Of a stretch of DNA of 20,000 nt, positions 8,070 to 17,047 are shown piece by piece. Where the stretch lies: the IMG/VR virus record IMGVR_UViG_3300035181_001402, positions 108,097 through 128,096 of that record; one strand, 5' to 3'. This stretch comes from an uncultured virus (IMG/VR IMGVR_UViG_3300035181_001402). Lineage: Duplodnaviria; Heunggongvirae; Uroviricota; Caudoviricetes. Under the pieces are notes generated by a model. The model was not told where the DNA came from, searched no databases, and saw only the letters and a list, made by a program, of their open reading frames with translations. The translations under genes and the position numbers were made by a program. Numbering within the stretch: the stretch's first letter is position 1; the number at the start of each line of letters is the position of its first letter.

Positions 8070-8378
8070 ATGTCTTCTCCGACCTCCGAACGCGTCCTCG
8101 CCCGATTTCTCCAGGCCTCTGAAGCCATCCCCAAGGGGACGCAGTTCGAGGTTGTGATGAAGCACGGGGATTGGTGGTCCGAGATGCGCAAAGGCAGCAT
8201 CTTGGTTGCTCAGGACGCTGGGACCTTCGGAGCCCCCTTGACCTTCAAGGAGCGAGGGGACAGCCACGGGAGCGGGTTCCCCATGACCCCGACGAAGGTC
8301 AAAGACAAGATCCGCTTGGTGGGCAAGCCCTACGGCGGGAAGCCCCGCGACCTCACCGTCACCATGAAGACCCCCTAG
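8070..8378 (+). CDS. Hypothetical protein with N-terminal ERVLARF motif
   Basis: High-GC3 ORF, start at 8058 or 8070; no GGTGTA upstream. Confidence 0.8.
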   Translation: MSSPTSERVLARFLQASEAIPKGTQFEVVMKHGDWWSEMRKGSILVAQDAGTFGAPLTFKERGDSHGSGFPMTPTKVKDKIRLVGKPYGGKPRDLTVTMKTP

Positions 8379-8635
8379 AAGTCTTCGTCGAGCCTCTCCC
8401 ACCACGTTGGGTACGTGGGCTCAGGCCCAAGCGAGGGATCCCGAGCAGGATACCTACAGGTTGGGAGCTGCATTGAACCTATCTCAAATGGGAAGTAGGT
8501 TCTTTGCCATTTCGAACAGCGCTTGCAGATATAAACACCCGACAAGTGTCCAATTAGATTTGGGCGCGAATCTATGTGCTTCGTTCTGGTAGGATCCGAC
8601 TCAAATAGGTGACCGGCGTTATACGTCGTCGCCAT
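8375..8635 (-). CDS. Small Zn-finger protein (H..CxxC..C) with C-terminal tag (YPTWWERLDEDF)
   Basis: GHLF...CKRC...C; start overlaps upstream gene end. Confidence 0.7.
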   Translation of the reverse strand: MATTYNAGHLFESDPTRTKHIDSRPNLIGHLSGVYICKRCSKWQRTYFPFEIGSMQLPTCRYPARDPSLGPEPTYPTWWERLDEDF

Positions 8636-9011
8636 CGAGATGCTCCCAGACCGTAGGGTTTGAAGCGTTCTCGGCCAATCGTTTTGCCTGCTCGCGGTCT
8701 CGCTCTGACAGCACTTCGCCAAGCAGGCTGTTCAGAGTGTGGGTGTCCCGCAGTTCTCGTGCTTGGGCGCGATGATCGACCACCTCTGCGCGGGCTACAT
8801 CCCTCTGTCGAATGACCTTCCGAAGAATCTCGACTGACGTTTCATCGGAGTCATCGGCATATCCCGAGAGAATGCTCCGAAGCTGTGCGAGAACACGCTG
8901 GTCCTCCGTCTCTTGTCGCCGCTCGCGAACGAGGGTAATGAGCTTCGGGGCCCCGAATGCTATCGAGATGAAAAGCACTGCAAGGCTAAGGAAGGCAATG
9001 AAAGAGATCAT
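8619..9011 (-). CDS. Membrane-anchored coiled-coil protein with C-terminal tag (NPTVWEHLDGDDV)
   Basis: N-terminal hydrophobic helix, heptad-rich body, ATGA overlap. Confidence 0.8.
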   Translation of the reverse strand: MISFIAFLSLAVLFISIAFGAPKLITLVRERRQETEDQRVLAQLRSILSGYADDSDETSVEILRKVIRQRDVARAEVVDHRAQARELRDTHTLNSLLGEVLSERDREQAKRLAENASNPTVWEHLDGDDV

Positions 9012-9406
9012 CCGATTTCCTCTTCATCCGAGAGCAGGGCCGCAGCTCCCGCCGGCTGTGCAGCTTTCGGCAGGGGTGCGAAGATAAGACCGTTACCCCA
9101 CGAAAGCATCCCTTCGAAAGGGGCACAAGCCGAGGTAGAGAACCAGGAGGCCTTCAACGCCTTCAACACATCCTCGGTATCTCGCAGAACATGCGAAGCA
9201 ACGTTGCCTTCAACATCAGGGCGCATCGGCAGTTCTTTGCTTCTCTGAACCTTCAACGCGAGGTGGGAAGAGAACTCATTCCTGTTGAGTGGGGAACTAT
9301 TGGGTTTCGCGGACCCGACAGTGTACCCAAGCTCGACGAGCTTGGAGATGATGGCTTGAGCGTGATCACCACAGAGCAGGGTCACCCAAATGAACACGGT
9401 GTACAT
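9008..9406 (-). CDS. Hypothetical protein with acidic C-terminus
   Basis: GAGGAG upstream of ATG at 9406 (MYTVFIW). Confidence 0.75.
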   Translation of the reverse strand: MYTVFIWVTLLCGDHAQAIISKLVELGYTVGSAKPNSSPLNRNEFSSHLALKVQRSKELPMRPDVEGNVASHVLRDTEDVLKALKASWFSTSACAPFEGMLSWGNGLIFAPLPKAAQPAGAAALLSDEEEIG

Positions 9407-9476
9407 GTCAACCGATCTCCTCTTCATCCGAGAGCAGTGAGTAGGGGCACCCAGAGCTGCGCGTAGCCTCCAAAAG

Positions 9477-9512
9477 ATGAAGGGCTGTCCCACAAGCGGG
9501 ACAGCCCTTCAT
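9477..9512 (-). terminator. Perfect 15-bp hairpin, probable terminator of the TPM gene transcript
   Basis: atgaagggctgtccc-acaagc-gggacagcccttcat followed by ctttt on the minus strand. Confidence 0.7.
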
Positions 9513-9537
9513 TACACCTCAACCCGCGCGAACCTGC

Positions 9538-10764
9538 CTACCAGTCGGAGCCGCCACCGCTGGAGTCCGAGCTGGAGGACGAATCCGAGCTGGAGGTGTC
9601 CGAGCTACCCGAGTCGTAGCTCGGGGGGTCGTAAGTGGGCGCCTCGAACGAGCTGCCCCGCCCTCCGACCGCGGAGGGCGGGGCAGCTGGCTCCGGAGTC
9701 GAGGACCAGTTCGAGGAGCCCCCACCCGCATCGTAGCTCGAAGAACCCCCCGTGCTGGGCTCGTAGCTCGGCGTGGGCTCGTAGCTGTGACGGTGGGTCG
9801 GAACCTCCCGCTCGATGTACACGTCACGCTCGATGACGCGGTCGTGGTTCCGGTTCAGGGACTCGCCGATGAGCATACCCGTGAGCAGGTCGTTGCCGTT
9901 CGAGCCGTAGTTGCCCCCGTACCCACCGCCACCGTTGTTGATGATCGTCGTGGAACTCGATGCAGCGGGAGCCGGAGCCGGCTGGACGTAGGTGGAAGCG
10001 GGGACCCGGCGAGGGATGTGAGTGCTCACCACGTTGTAGTCACCCCGACCGATGCCGCCCGTCGTCGCCCTGGCGGACCCTGCTGAGGCACTGGCCGTCG
10101 CCGTGGACTTCCGAACACCCTCGGCCCATGCCTCGTTGTTGATGTTCTGCGAGCGCATCTCCTGAGCTTCCTCACGGGTCTCGTTCAGCACGGCCTGGTA
10201 GCGGGCCTGATCCGCCTGCGACTTGCGGTACAGGTAGATGGCGAACCAGACGAGCGAGCCGACACCGAGGAAGATGAGAGCCCAGCCGCCGAAGCCGAGG
10301 CCTTCATGCACGACGATCGGGGGCGGGGGAGCAAGAGTCCCGCTGGTCGTCCGAGTCGAGACATCCGCACGGGCTCCGATGGCTGTGAGGCCTCCGACCC
10401 AGTTCTTCTCGCGGAAGGCAGGATTGCCCGCGGCGAAGATCGAGTCCTGATCGAGGGCTTTCACCGGGACGCCGACACCGAACCGGACGATCGTCGAGTG
10501 GTGATCCGGATCGAGCGCGATGACGATGACGTTGGGCGAGTCCACCCAGGCTTTGGCCGCGCTGACGAGCGCTTCCTTGGCGGGCGAGACCCGGATGAGT
10601 ACGTGGGTCTCGAAGGACCAGCTCGACCCTCTGGCCTGGAGGGTCGCGACGTCGGCCGACGAGAGCAGATGCGCGTCATCTCTGACGACGACTCGTCCAG
10701 CCATGGCGGACAGGGCCCAGAAGAAGACGGCGAATGCGAGAGGGAATGCTGAGAGTTTTTTCAT
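9538..10764 (-). CDS. TPM-domain (DUF477-like) membrane protein with Gly/Ser-rich tail
   Basis: Signal peptide, VRDDAHLLS, VIVIALDP..IVRFGVG, PAFREKNWVGGL, transmembrane helix, tail ending SSGGGSDW; GAGGAG RBS. Confidence 0.8.
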   Translation of the reverse strand: MKKLSAFPLAFAVFFWALSAMAGRVVVRDDAHLLSSADVATLQARGSSWSFETHVLIRVSPAKEALVSAAKAWVDSPNVIVIALDPDHHSTIVRFGVGVPVKALDQDSIFAAGNPAFREKNWVGGLTAIGARADVSTRTTSGTLAPPPPIVVHEGLGFGGWALIFLGVGSLVWFAIYLYRKSQADQARYQAVLNETREEAQEMRSQNINNEAWAEGVRKSTATASASAGSARATTGGIGRGDYNVVSTHIPRRVPASTYVQPAPAPAASSSTTIINNGGGGYGGNYGSNGNDLLTGMLIGESLNRNHDRVIERDVYIEREVPTHRHSYEPTPSYEPSTGGSSSYDAGGGSSNWSSTPEPAAPPSAVGGRGSSFEAPTYDPPSYDSGSSDTSSSDSSSSSDSSGGGSDW

Positions 10765-10778
10765 GTCTCCTCTACAGG

Positions 10779-11948
10779 TTACACCGCGTTGAGATCAACC
10801 GAAGCTCGTTCGAGGAAGTCGAACGATGCACGCAGATCCCCAACACCGCCACGGAAGGCGAGAGCGTAGGGGGTCGGGCAGTCCCCAGCGGCATCCGTCA
10901 GTTTCTTGCTGACAGCGTGCCCGATCAGACCCTCCAGAATGATCATGGCGCCCACACCCCCATTTCGGATCTTCTGTGCGAGGTTGGATGACACCTTGTG
11001 CCCGCCGTTATCGGTGGGATACCATTCGGCCTCGATGTTGAAGCGTTCCCGAATCGTGCGGAGCTTCTCCTCTTTGACGATGCCCCCGATGATGACGAGC
11101 GGCTTGTTGTGAAGCCGGGCCCGAAGCGCGGGCCATTCTCCAGGGGTGACCGTCTTCGCGAGGATCACATCCTCTTCACCCTCGAAGGCAGCGAGCTTCT
11201 CCCTGTATTCGCGGGCAACCCTCTCCCAGTCATCGTGGTGGTCCTTCGAGAGCCCCCGGACGTAGTTGTGAGGGCAGTTGTCCCCACGGACCTTGGAGAG
11301 CAGGGGAATCGATCGCTCGACCTGCCAGAACAGATGATGGGTGGAAGGCAGCCGCACCATCATCTGTCGCACCTCCGCCGTGAGAGCCTGCACATAGGCT
11401 TGGATCTGGACAGGGGGTTTCTTCCGGAGGTCCGACGTGGCGAAGTCCTCGATCTCGTCGAGAAGCCTCTGTGCGTTGTGCGCAAGAGGGTCCTCCTCGA
11501 CGGCCGGATCTTCCTGCGGTGTGGCCTGGGGAGGCGCTGCAAGAACCTTGAGGATCAGCTCCCCAATCGTCGCAGGGGGAACCTCTACCACTTTGGTCTT
11601 GGCTTTGGCCGGGACAGCGGGAGGGAGGGTCGGAAGCTCTTGCGGAGGGGCTTTCAGCTCTTGCGGAGGAGCTTGATACGGGACAGCCCCGATCAACTCC
11701 AGAAGGCCTGTCAAGGCGTCGCGCAATTTGAGACGCTCCGCGTCGATCACAGAGGGCGCGGAAGTGGGGGCCTCCTGTTTGATGGCCGCGAGCATTGCAG
11801 CAATGGTGCGTTGCTCCGCATCCTCTTTGTGAGCTACCTCGAAGGTAGTGAGTCGTTCTCGGAGACGCGCGACCATGTCGGAGATGGGACGCACCTCGGC
11901 TTGAACGCTGAGAGCACAGGCATTGGACAGTATATTGGGAAGTCCCAT
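10779..11948 (-). CDS. Hypothetical protein with C-terminal DUF2325-like domain
   Basis: LVIIGG..AEWYP..GAMIILEGLIGHAVS..AA..PYA pattern; start uncertain (11948 or 11876). Confidence 0.65.
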   Translation of the reverse strand: MGLPNILSNACALSVQAEVRPISDMVARLRERLTTFEVAHKEDAEQRTIAAMLAAIKQEAPTSAPSVIDAERLKLRDALTGLLELIGAVPYQAPPQELKAPPQELPTLPPAVPAKAKTKVVEVPPATIGELILKVLAAPPQATPQEDPAVEEDPLAHNAQRLLDEIEDFATSDLRKKPPVQIQAYVQALTAEVRQMMVRLPSTHHLFWQVERSIPLLSKVRGDNCPHNYVRGLSKDHHDDWERVAREYREKLAAFEGEEDVILAKTVTPGEWPALRARLHNKPLVIIGGIVKEEKLRTIRERFNIEAEWYPTDNGGHKVSSNLAQKIRNGGVGAMIILEGLIGHAVSKKLTDAAGDCPTPYALAFRGGVGDLRASFDFLERASVDLNAV

Positions 11949-12028
11949 GGTTTTCCGGGATACCCACAAGTGGGGTGTTCGACGTAGAGTGTGCGCAAAA
12001 TCGACCTCCGCTGAGGTCCTTCCCTCTC

Positions 12029-12050
12029 TACACCAAGGACGCAGGGTGTA
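12029..12050. promoter_or_regulatory. Divergent pair of GGTGTA elements
   Basis: TACACC 12029-12034 and GGTGTA 12045-12050 between divergent genes. Confidence 0.7.
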
Positions 12051-12094
12051 AAGATTGGACGGAATCTCGGAGACAACGGAAAAGAAGGAACTAG

Positions 12095-12817
12095 ATGCGC
12101 CACATTATTGCTACGCTTGCCCTGATCGCTGCGGGAGCCCTTGGAAGCGCGAGCTGCACGGTCATCGACGCGAACGACAAGCAAGACGTCTCGAACAAGA
12201 TCAGCGCGATGCCCGCTGACGTTCAGCTTTCCTTGCGGATCATGGCCACCAAGATCAACGCCCAGAAGTGGCTCAGCCACAAGCCGACGAATGACCGTGT
12301 CGGAGAGCTGAAGTGCTTCTACGACATCGGCGATGGTGAAGGGTGGCAGCCCATCCTCACCAATGACACCGACCTCCTGGTCGACTTCATGCTTCAGTGT
12401 CTCAACGGGGGCTTGAACAGGACGTACGTGTCCTGTGGTTTGACGTGGGGGAAGAGCCAGATCCCCCTCGCAAAGCAGGCGCTCAAGGAGCTGTTCACGA
12501 CCAACCCGATGCTCAAGGTCCTGGTGCCGGACGTGTCGACGGTCAAGTTCGACTGCCGGTACGAATGGGACTGGCGGTACGACCCGATCGGCGGAGAGGT
12601 GCCGCAAGAGTGCGTCGACCCGAAGGCCGTGAACAACGACGACATCATCAACGCGCTCGTCGTTAGCCCGCACCCGCCCCCGGGCTTCCCGACGGAAGAG
12701 CTGATCCCTCTTCTCCCTTACCTGTGCCCGCTGGATGTCGGCCCGGGTTGGGGCTGCCCCAGCTCGCCCACGAACCCGGGTGGTGGGGTGGGTGCCTCGA
12801 CGGGAGGTGGCGGGTGA
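12095..12817 (+). CDS. Putative lipoprotein, Cys-containing, Pro/Gly-rich tail
   Basis: MRHIIATLALIAAGALGSAS-C; AAGGA upstream. Confidence 0.75.
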   Translation: MRHIIATLALIAAGALGSASCTVIDANDKQDVSNKISAMPADVQLSLRIMATKINAQKWLSHKPTNDRVGELKCFYDIGDGEGWQPILTNDTDLLVDFMLQCLNGGLNRTYVSCGLTWGKSQIPLAKQALKELFTTNPMLKVLVPDVSTVKFDCRYEWDWRYDPIGGEVPQECVDPKAVNNDDIINALVVSPHPPPGFPTEELIPLLPYLCPLDVGPGWGCPSSPTNPGGGVGASTGGGG

Positions 12818-13359
12818 AGTCCCTTCTCTGCGCTCTGGTGATGGCACTCGGGCTGGTTGTCTCGACCTCTGCGCAAGCGTCGGAAGAGTACAACACGCCG
12901 TGGGAAATCGGGGTTCACCTGGAATACGAGGTGATCGGGGCTCACCGGGCGACCGGCGGAGCCATGCCTCAAGTGTTCGTGCAACACTGGTGGTCCCTCA
13001 TCGACAAGACTCTGTTCGTGGCTGCCGGAGCAGACCTCGGCGTCTTCGGATTCGGTGCGGATTCTCACTGGATCGGAGTCTTGGGGGGTCCTACTGTTGC
13101 AGTGGCGCTTGCGCCCTGGGATAAGCCGGTGGCGATCGGCCTGAAGTTTGCGATGGACTTCGGAAGGATCCCGGTCTGCAATGCCTGGGATCTGTGCCTT
13201 CGCTACGTGGGTGCTTTTCCGACCGGCGAATTTCGCTTGGTGTGGTTCCCCTCCGAAAACACGGGTTTCGGCGTGAATATCGCCGGAGAGTACGTGAACA
13301 CCGTCGCCTGGGAAGGCGTGGGGATCCGGACTGGTGCCACGGGCGTCATCGCTTTCTGA
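12814..13359 (+). CDS. Secreted or small outer-membrane beta-barrel-like protein
   Basis: GTG start overlapping TGA; signal peptide ending AQA; amphipathic strands; C-terminal Phe. Confidence 0.65.
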   Translation: MKSLLCALVMALGLVVSTSAQASEEYNTPWEIGVHLEYEVIGAHRATGGAMPQVFVQHWWSLIDKTLFVAAGADLGVFGFGADSHWIGVLGGPTVAVALAPWDKPVAIGLKFAMDFGRIPVCNAWDLCLRYVGAFPTGEFRLVWFPSENTGFGVNIAGEYVNTVAWEGVGIRTGATGVIAF

Positions 13360-13385
13360 ACCCACACGTCGGTGTATAGGACAGC

Positions 13386-13775
13386 ATGTCCGCCGACGAC
13401 TTGGAAGAATACTGGGAGGTCCGTGTCCTCCCTCCCCGCCCTCCCGATATTCTCCAGCCCATCGAAACCTCCACAACTTCCGAGCCCCGCCCCAACATCT
13501 TCCGGGGGTCCGCCGCGGTCTACATGGAGTGCATCGACTCCAACCGCGAGAACATCGGACCCCGCCGACCCGTCAGCTTGACCCCTGTGCCAAACAGCGA
13601 TGGTACGCGCTGGCGATTCGACCCCGAGTATCACACCACCCAATCCGTCACCATTGCTCGAATCGAGATTTGGGACAGCCCTCTTGGGGGTCACATGCTC
13701 TACTTCTCCGACTTGGAGCCCATCGTTCTACACCCCGACGCAATCGTCTCCCTTCTACTGGACATCAAGCTCTGA
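13386..13775 (+). CDS. Hypothetical protein; C-terminal half resembles small phage tail-associated proteins
   Basis: TIARIEIWDSPLGGHMLYFSDL resembles the recalled T(I/V)TH.GIWDA.TGGN.L motif; GGTGTA 9 nt upstream. Confidence 0.6.
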   Translation: MSADDLEEYWEVRVLPPRPPDILQPIETSTTSEPRPNIFRGSAAVYMECIDSNRENIGPRRPVSLTPVPNSDGTRWRFDPEYHTTQSVTIARIEIWDSPLGGHMLYFSDLEPIVLHPDAIVSLLLDIKL

Positions 13776-13776
13776 C

Positions 13777-14055
13777 ATGCCTACCGACCGCCAAACCCTC
13801 GTCGCTGTTCTATCCCTACCCCCGGGCAAGCTCTCTCAGCGAGAGAAGACCATCTTCACGCAGTGGCTCGATACGCTCGACGCGGGAGTCATCGCCCTGA
13901 CCAAGGGGCAGCGAAAGTGGGTCGACGACGTCTTCGTGAAGAACGAGCTGGACAAGGGAGAGAGGCCACCCCCGAAGCCGCTGAAGGGGCGCATCAAGAA
14001 TGAGCAGCCCCTCGACAAGATGCCCAAGCCTCTCAAGCCTCCCGGACGAAAATGA
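13777..14055 (+). CDS. Small phage-type hypothetical protein (LSxRExxxF...LTxxQxxW)
   Basis: ATG 1 nt after upstream stop; pattern similar to the repeat of the 7..498 protein. Confidence 0.75.
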   Translation: MPTDRQTLVAVLSLPPGKLSQREKTIFTQWLDTLDAGVIALTKGQRKWVDDVFVKNELDKGERPPPKPLKGRIKNEQPLDKMPKPLKPPGRK

Positions 14056-14264
14056 GCGCGGAGCACGACTTCGAGTCCAAGATCGTGGGGTATCGTAGAG
14101 CCCCTGAGCCCCAATGGGTTCAGGACATCGTACGCTGCTACGAACACTCCATCTGGGAGTACACCTGCAAAAACTGTGGGAAATCTTTCAGGATGGAGAG
14201 CGGTCAAATGAGCCTGCTCCTACTCATGCTGGACACTGAACTGGAGTGTCCTGGGGTGAAGTGA
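14052..14264 (+). CDS. Small Zn-finger protein (HDF..CxxC..CP)
   Basis: Coupled by start/stop overlaps at both ends. Confidence 0.75.
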   Translation: MSAEHDFESKIVGYRRAPEPQWVQDIVRCYEHSIWEYTCKNCGKSFRMESGQMSLLLLMLDTELECPGVK

Positions 14265-14806
14265 TGGCGCGATGGGATCACGCTGACGAGGAGTTCTATG
14301 GTGAAGGGTCTGACGTCGAAGGGGACATCCGCCTCAACCTCGCCATGGTCGAGATGATTCGGACCGATCTCGGAGACAAGAAAGCAGCTTGGGCTCAAAC
14401 CAGGCTGAATATCCCCGAGCTGGACTACTCCATGTGCTTCCGGACTGGGATGTGGCTGCGCTACGCCCAAGACCCCGTCACTCAAGTACGCCTGGAAATT
14501 CTCGACGTCCGCTCAACAACCTGTCTCGTTTACTGCGTCGGATGGGATGAACCGTCGGAAAAAACGAAGGACACTCTCTGCCGATACAGAGTGTCTGAGC
14601 CCCCCACAGAACCACTGCCCTCCTGGGTGAAGCCCGGGGCTTGCTTTATCGATGATAATGCGAGATGGTGCATAAGAACACTTCGAGGAGGGATGTTTAC
14701 TGCGATGTCCGGTGAGTACTTCAATTACTGGACTGCTGAAGAACTTGCCCGTGGGGATGTGCGGCCCATCTTCACGGCGTGGGAACAGCTCGACGACTTG
14801 AAATAA
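14264..14806 (+). CDS. Hypothetical protein with tandem beta domains and C-terminal tag (IFTAWEQLDDLK)
   Basis: TGATG overlap; PSWVKPG unit; N-terminus RWDHADEEF is also tag-like. Confidence 0.8.
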   Translation: MARWDHADEEFYGEGSDVEGDIRLNLAMVEMIRTDLGDKKAAWAQTRLNIPELDYSMCFRTGMWLRYAQDPVTQVRLEILDVRSTTCLVYCVGWDEPSEKTKDTLCRYRVSEPPTEPLPSWVKPGACFIDDNARWCIRTLRGGMFTAMSGEYFNYWTAEELARGDVRPIFTAWEQLDDLK

Positions 14807-14808
14807 CA

Positions 14809-15117
14809 ATGGCTACTCGTTTCTGCATACACTTCGCCGATGTCGACTGCTGTGATGTGCCGTGTTCACGGCAAGGCTGCGGACACGATTGCTCTTGGCA
14901 TGAGTACGGGCTCTGCATCGGGACTGGTTGTATCTGCACAGAGTTCGACGGCACCCCCGTTATCAGAGACCTCCACGCCGAGGACCTGAGCTTCATCCTG
15001 GAGTTGAAGTCTGCAACCCCCGAGAAGCTCCGCGAGCTTCAGATCAACCTGCACTTTGGGGGTCCCGAGTGGCAACGCATCGCAGTTGAGCGAGAAGTCT
15101 CGAAAAGATTGGTGTAG
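14809..15117 (+). CDS. Cys/His-rich Zn-binding protein (C..CGH....H....C....CxC..F)
   Basis: Metal-ligand pattern common in phage small proteins. Confidence 0.75.
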   Translation: MATRFCIHFADVDCCDVPCSRQGCGHDCSWHEYGLCIGTGCICTEFDGTPVIRDLHAEDLSFILELKSATPEKLRELQINLHFGGPEWQRIAVEREVSKRLV

Positions 15118-15126
15118 TCGCTCGGG

Positions 15127-15699
15127 ATGCTGACGAAGAAGATCCTGACGGCGACGAAGCACTACCTGAGCAAGACCCCTGAAGAGAACCGCGCCTATGG
15201 CTTGGTGACGGACGGGAAGATCAACCCTGGCACCTTCCGCTTCATGCCGGTGCTGGCGTGGATTCGCAAGAAGCCCGAGAGGACAATCCTGCTCCTCTCG
15301 GGCTTCTTGCTGCGCATGACGGAGGGTGCGTTCGTGGGCGGCCTCGACTGGTCCATCCCGTTGAACCAGGAGACCGAGGACGAAGCCGCGAACCTTCTCT
15401 CGGCCTTCGGCTGGGACAATCGAGTGTGGCCTTCAGACCCGGGCTGGCCCGACCTTCTGCCGGATGAGGAACACACGCTTCACGGGATGCTCAAGAAGAA
15501 GGGCATCCTGGAGACGCTCACGTTCCCGCCGAAGGAATCGGGCAACAAGGTGATGACGGTTCATGTGCTGAAGGTGTCGAACCCCTTCCCGCTGCCGATC
15601 CTGGTTGCCGACGAAGACCGCCAAGAGGTGACCCCCGAGATGCGGGCGAAGCTCCGCGAGCTGGTCGCCGACCCGAGCTGCTTCGCGCTGTCCTCCTAG
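15127..15699 (+). CDS. Hypothetical protein
   Basis: 190 aa, high GC3, GGTGTA 10 nt upstream. Confidence 0.85.
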   Translation: MLTKKILTATKHYLSKTPEENRAYGLVTDGKINPGTFRFMPVLAWIRKKPERTILLLSGFLLRMTEGAFVGGLDWSIPLNQETEDEAANLLSAFGWDNRVWPSDPGWPDLLPDEEHTLHGMLKKKGILETLTFPPKESGNKVMTVHVLKVSNPFPLPILVADEDRQEVTPEMRAKLRELVADPSCFALSS

Positions 15700-16285
15700 T
15701 CGTCGGCGAGAATATGCCCCCAAGCGTTGTCGGGTTTACCTTTGGGCCCTCTCGTCCGAAGCAACCTGACAATGGGGAGGTCGGCCGCCGCAACCAGGGA
15801 ATCATACAGCCCCCTGGTTGCGATGGAGCATTGGTCGATGTGGTGTACAGGGTCGGAGATATCCCGCACCGTGATGAGCCACACGCCCTTCTTCTTCTGA
15901 ATGTAGACCCCTGCCCGCCAGGTGCTCATAGCCTTCGTGATGGGGTCCTGGACTCCCGTGGCGACCTCGAAGGGCTCCGGCACCCGAGCCATAGGGTTCT
16001 CAGTCTCACGGTAGAGATGTCTCCCGAAGGGCCGGCGCGTATACTCCGTGCTGATCTGGTTCAAAGGGATTTGAGTCTCATAGCAGACGGTCTCCCCCGC
16101 GAAAGAACGCCTCCAGGCACGAGGGACACGATCTCTCTCCGGGTGATCATGTCTCCGGGGAACCTCCCGGGTCGCCATGTCACAAGGCCCGCGACCTGGG
16201 AGGTATTCAGCGATCGGATGACCACATGGCCGGGGCACATGTCCCCCAAAATCAGGACCGGCTTCTGCATCATGTCGAGGATCAT
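15696..16285 (-). CDS. Hypothetical protein with C-terminal tag (PDNAWGHILADD); apparent frameshift near 16102-16104
   Basis: ATG 16285 is 10 nt after GGTGTA; one extra T joins MILDMMQK..GGVL to FAGETVCYETQ..; exact junction uncertain. Confidence 0.65.
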
Positions 16286-16295
16286 CTTGGGGATC

Positions 16296-16309
16296 TACAC
16301 CGCGGTGTA
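16296..16309. promoter_or_regulatory. Divergent GGTGTA elements forming the palindrome TACACCGCGGTGTA
   Basis: 10 and 9 nt from the ATGs at 16285 (-) and 16319 (+). Confidence 0.8.
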
Positions 16310-16318
16310 CTCTAGGGC

Positions 16319-17038
16319 ATGGGATCGACCCCCAAAAAGACCCCCGTGAAGTACCCCTCATGGTGGACCGAGAAAGCCGCACCACATCGAAACATGTTGA
16401 TGGTGCGGTACGATTACGGACACTCCAAGGAGGACAGGTCTCTGTACGGATGTCTGGTCGTGGGGGACAACCAGAAGCTCCTCTGGCTCAGCAACGAGCA
16501 GATCCGAGAGGAATGGAAGCCCTTCCGCGCGCCCTACTCCGCAGTCATCCCTCTGGGGGTATGGCCGTCGTGGGTGACTCGACGAGATGTCCAATGGCAC
16601 ACTGCGCCGGACCATCCTCGGCGAATGACCATCGTCTCGTACAAGAACAAGAGCTTCTGGCTCGCAACCACCACAGTGGTCGAGCCCTTCGAGGGACCGC
16701 GATTCCAAGTCTACCGGGCAACGCAGAGCTTCAAGGTCGACCTTGAGGTCATTCAATCCGGAGACCAGCTCACCCTCGATAGGGATTACAACGTGTGGTA
16801 CGTGCGTAAGAAGAGCATCGCACGTTATTGCAACAGGGAGATCACAGCCTTCCTTGGCATGCAGTACCTCACCCCCGTGATTCAACCGAACGGACACCCC
16901 TTCGATTGGAGCATTCAGAGGTACACTACACGCTTCTGGAGTCTCCATACTTTCGCTCTCAATCACCGGCCTCTGATGCCCTCAAAACCGACATCTTGGG
17001 ACGTTGTGATGGCCGACGAATTCGAGGAAATGGTGTAG
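16319..17038 (+). CDS. Hypothetical protein with PSW-type repeats and C-terminal tag (KPTSWDVVMADEFEEMV)
   Basis: 239 aa; GGTGTA 9 nt upstream. Confidence 0.8.
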   Translation: MGSTPKKTPVKYPSWWTEKAAPHRNMLMVRYDYGHSKEDRSLYGCLVVGDNQKLLWLSNEQIREEWKPFRAPYSAVIPLGVWPSWVTRRDVQWHTAPDHPRRMTIVSYKNKSFWLATTTVVEPFEGPRFQVYRATQSFKVDLEVIQSGDQLTLDRDYNVWYVRKKSIARYCNREITAFLGMQYLTPVIQPNGHPFDWSIQRYTTRFWSLHTFALNHRPLMPSKPTSWDVVMADEFEEMV

Positions 17039-17047
17039 GAACATCCC

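Noticed and set aside
9008..9050. AAALLSDEEEIG as another tag copy
   Set aside because: It lacks the Thr and the aromatic residue, so it is not counted.
1624..12847. Long antisense ORFs such as 1624..2535, 5254..5967, 10998..11987 and 11834..12847
   Set aside because: Shadow frames of high-GC genes, with no start signals or protein-like motifs.
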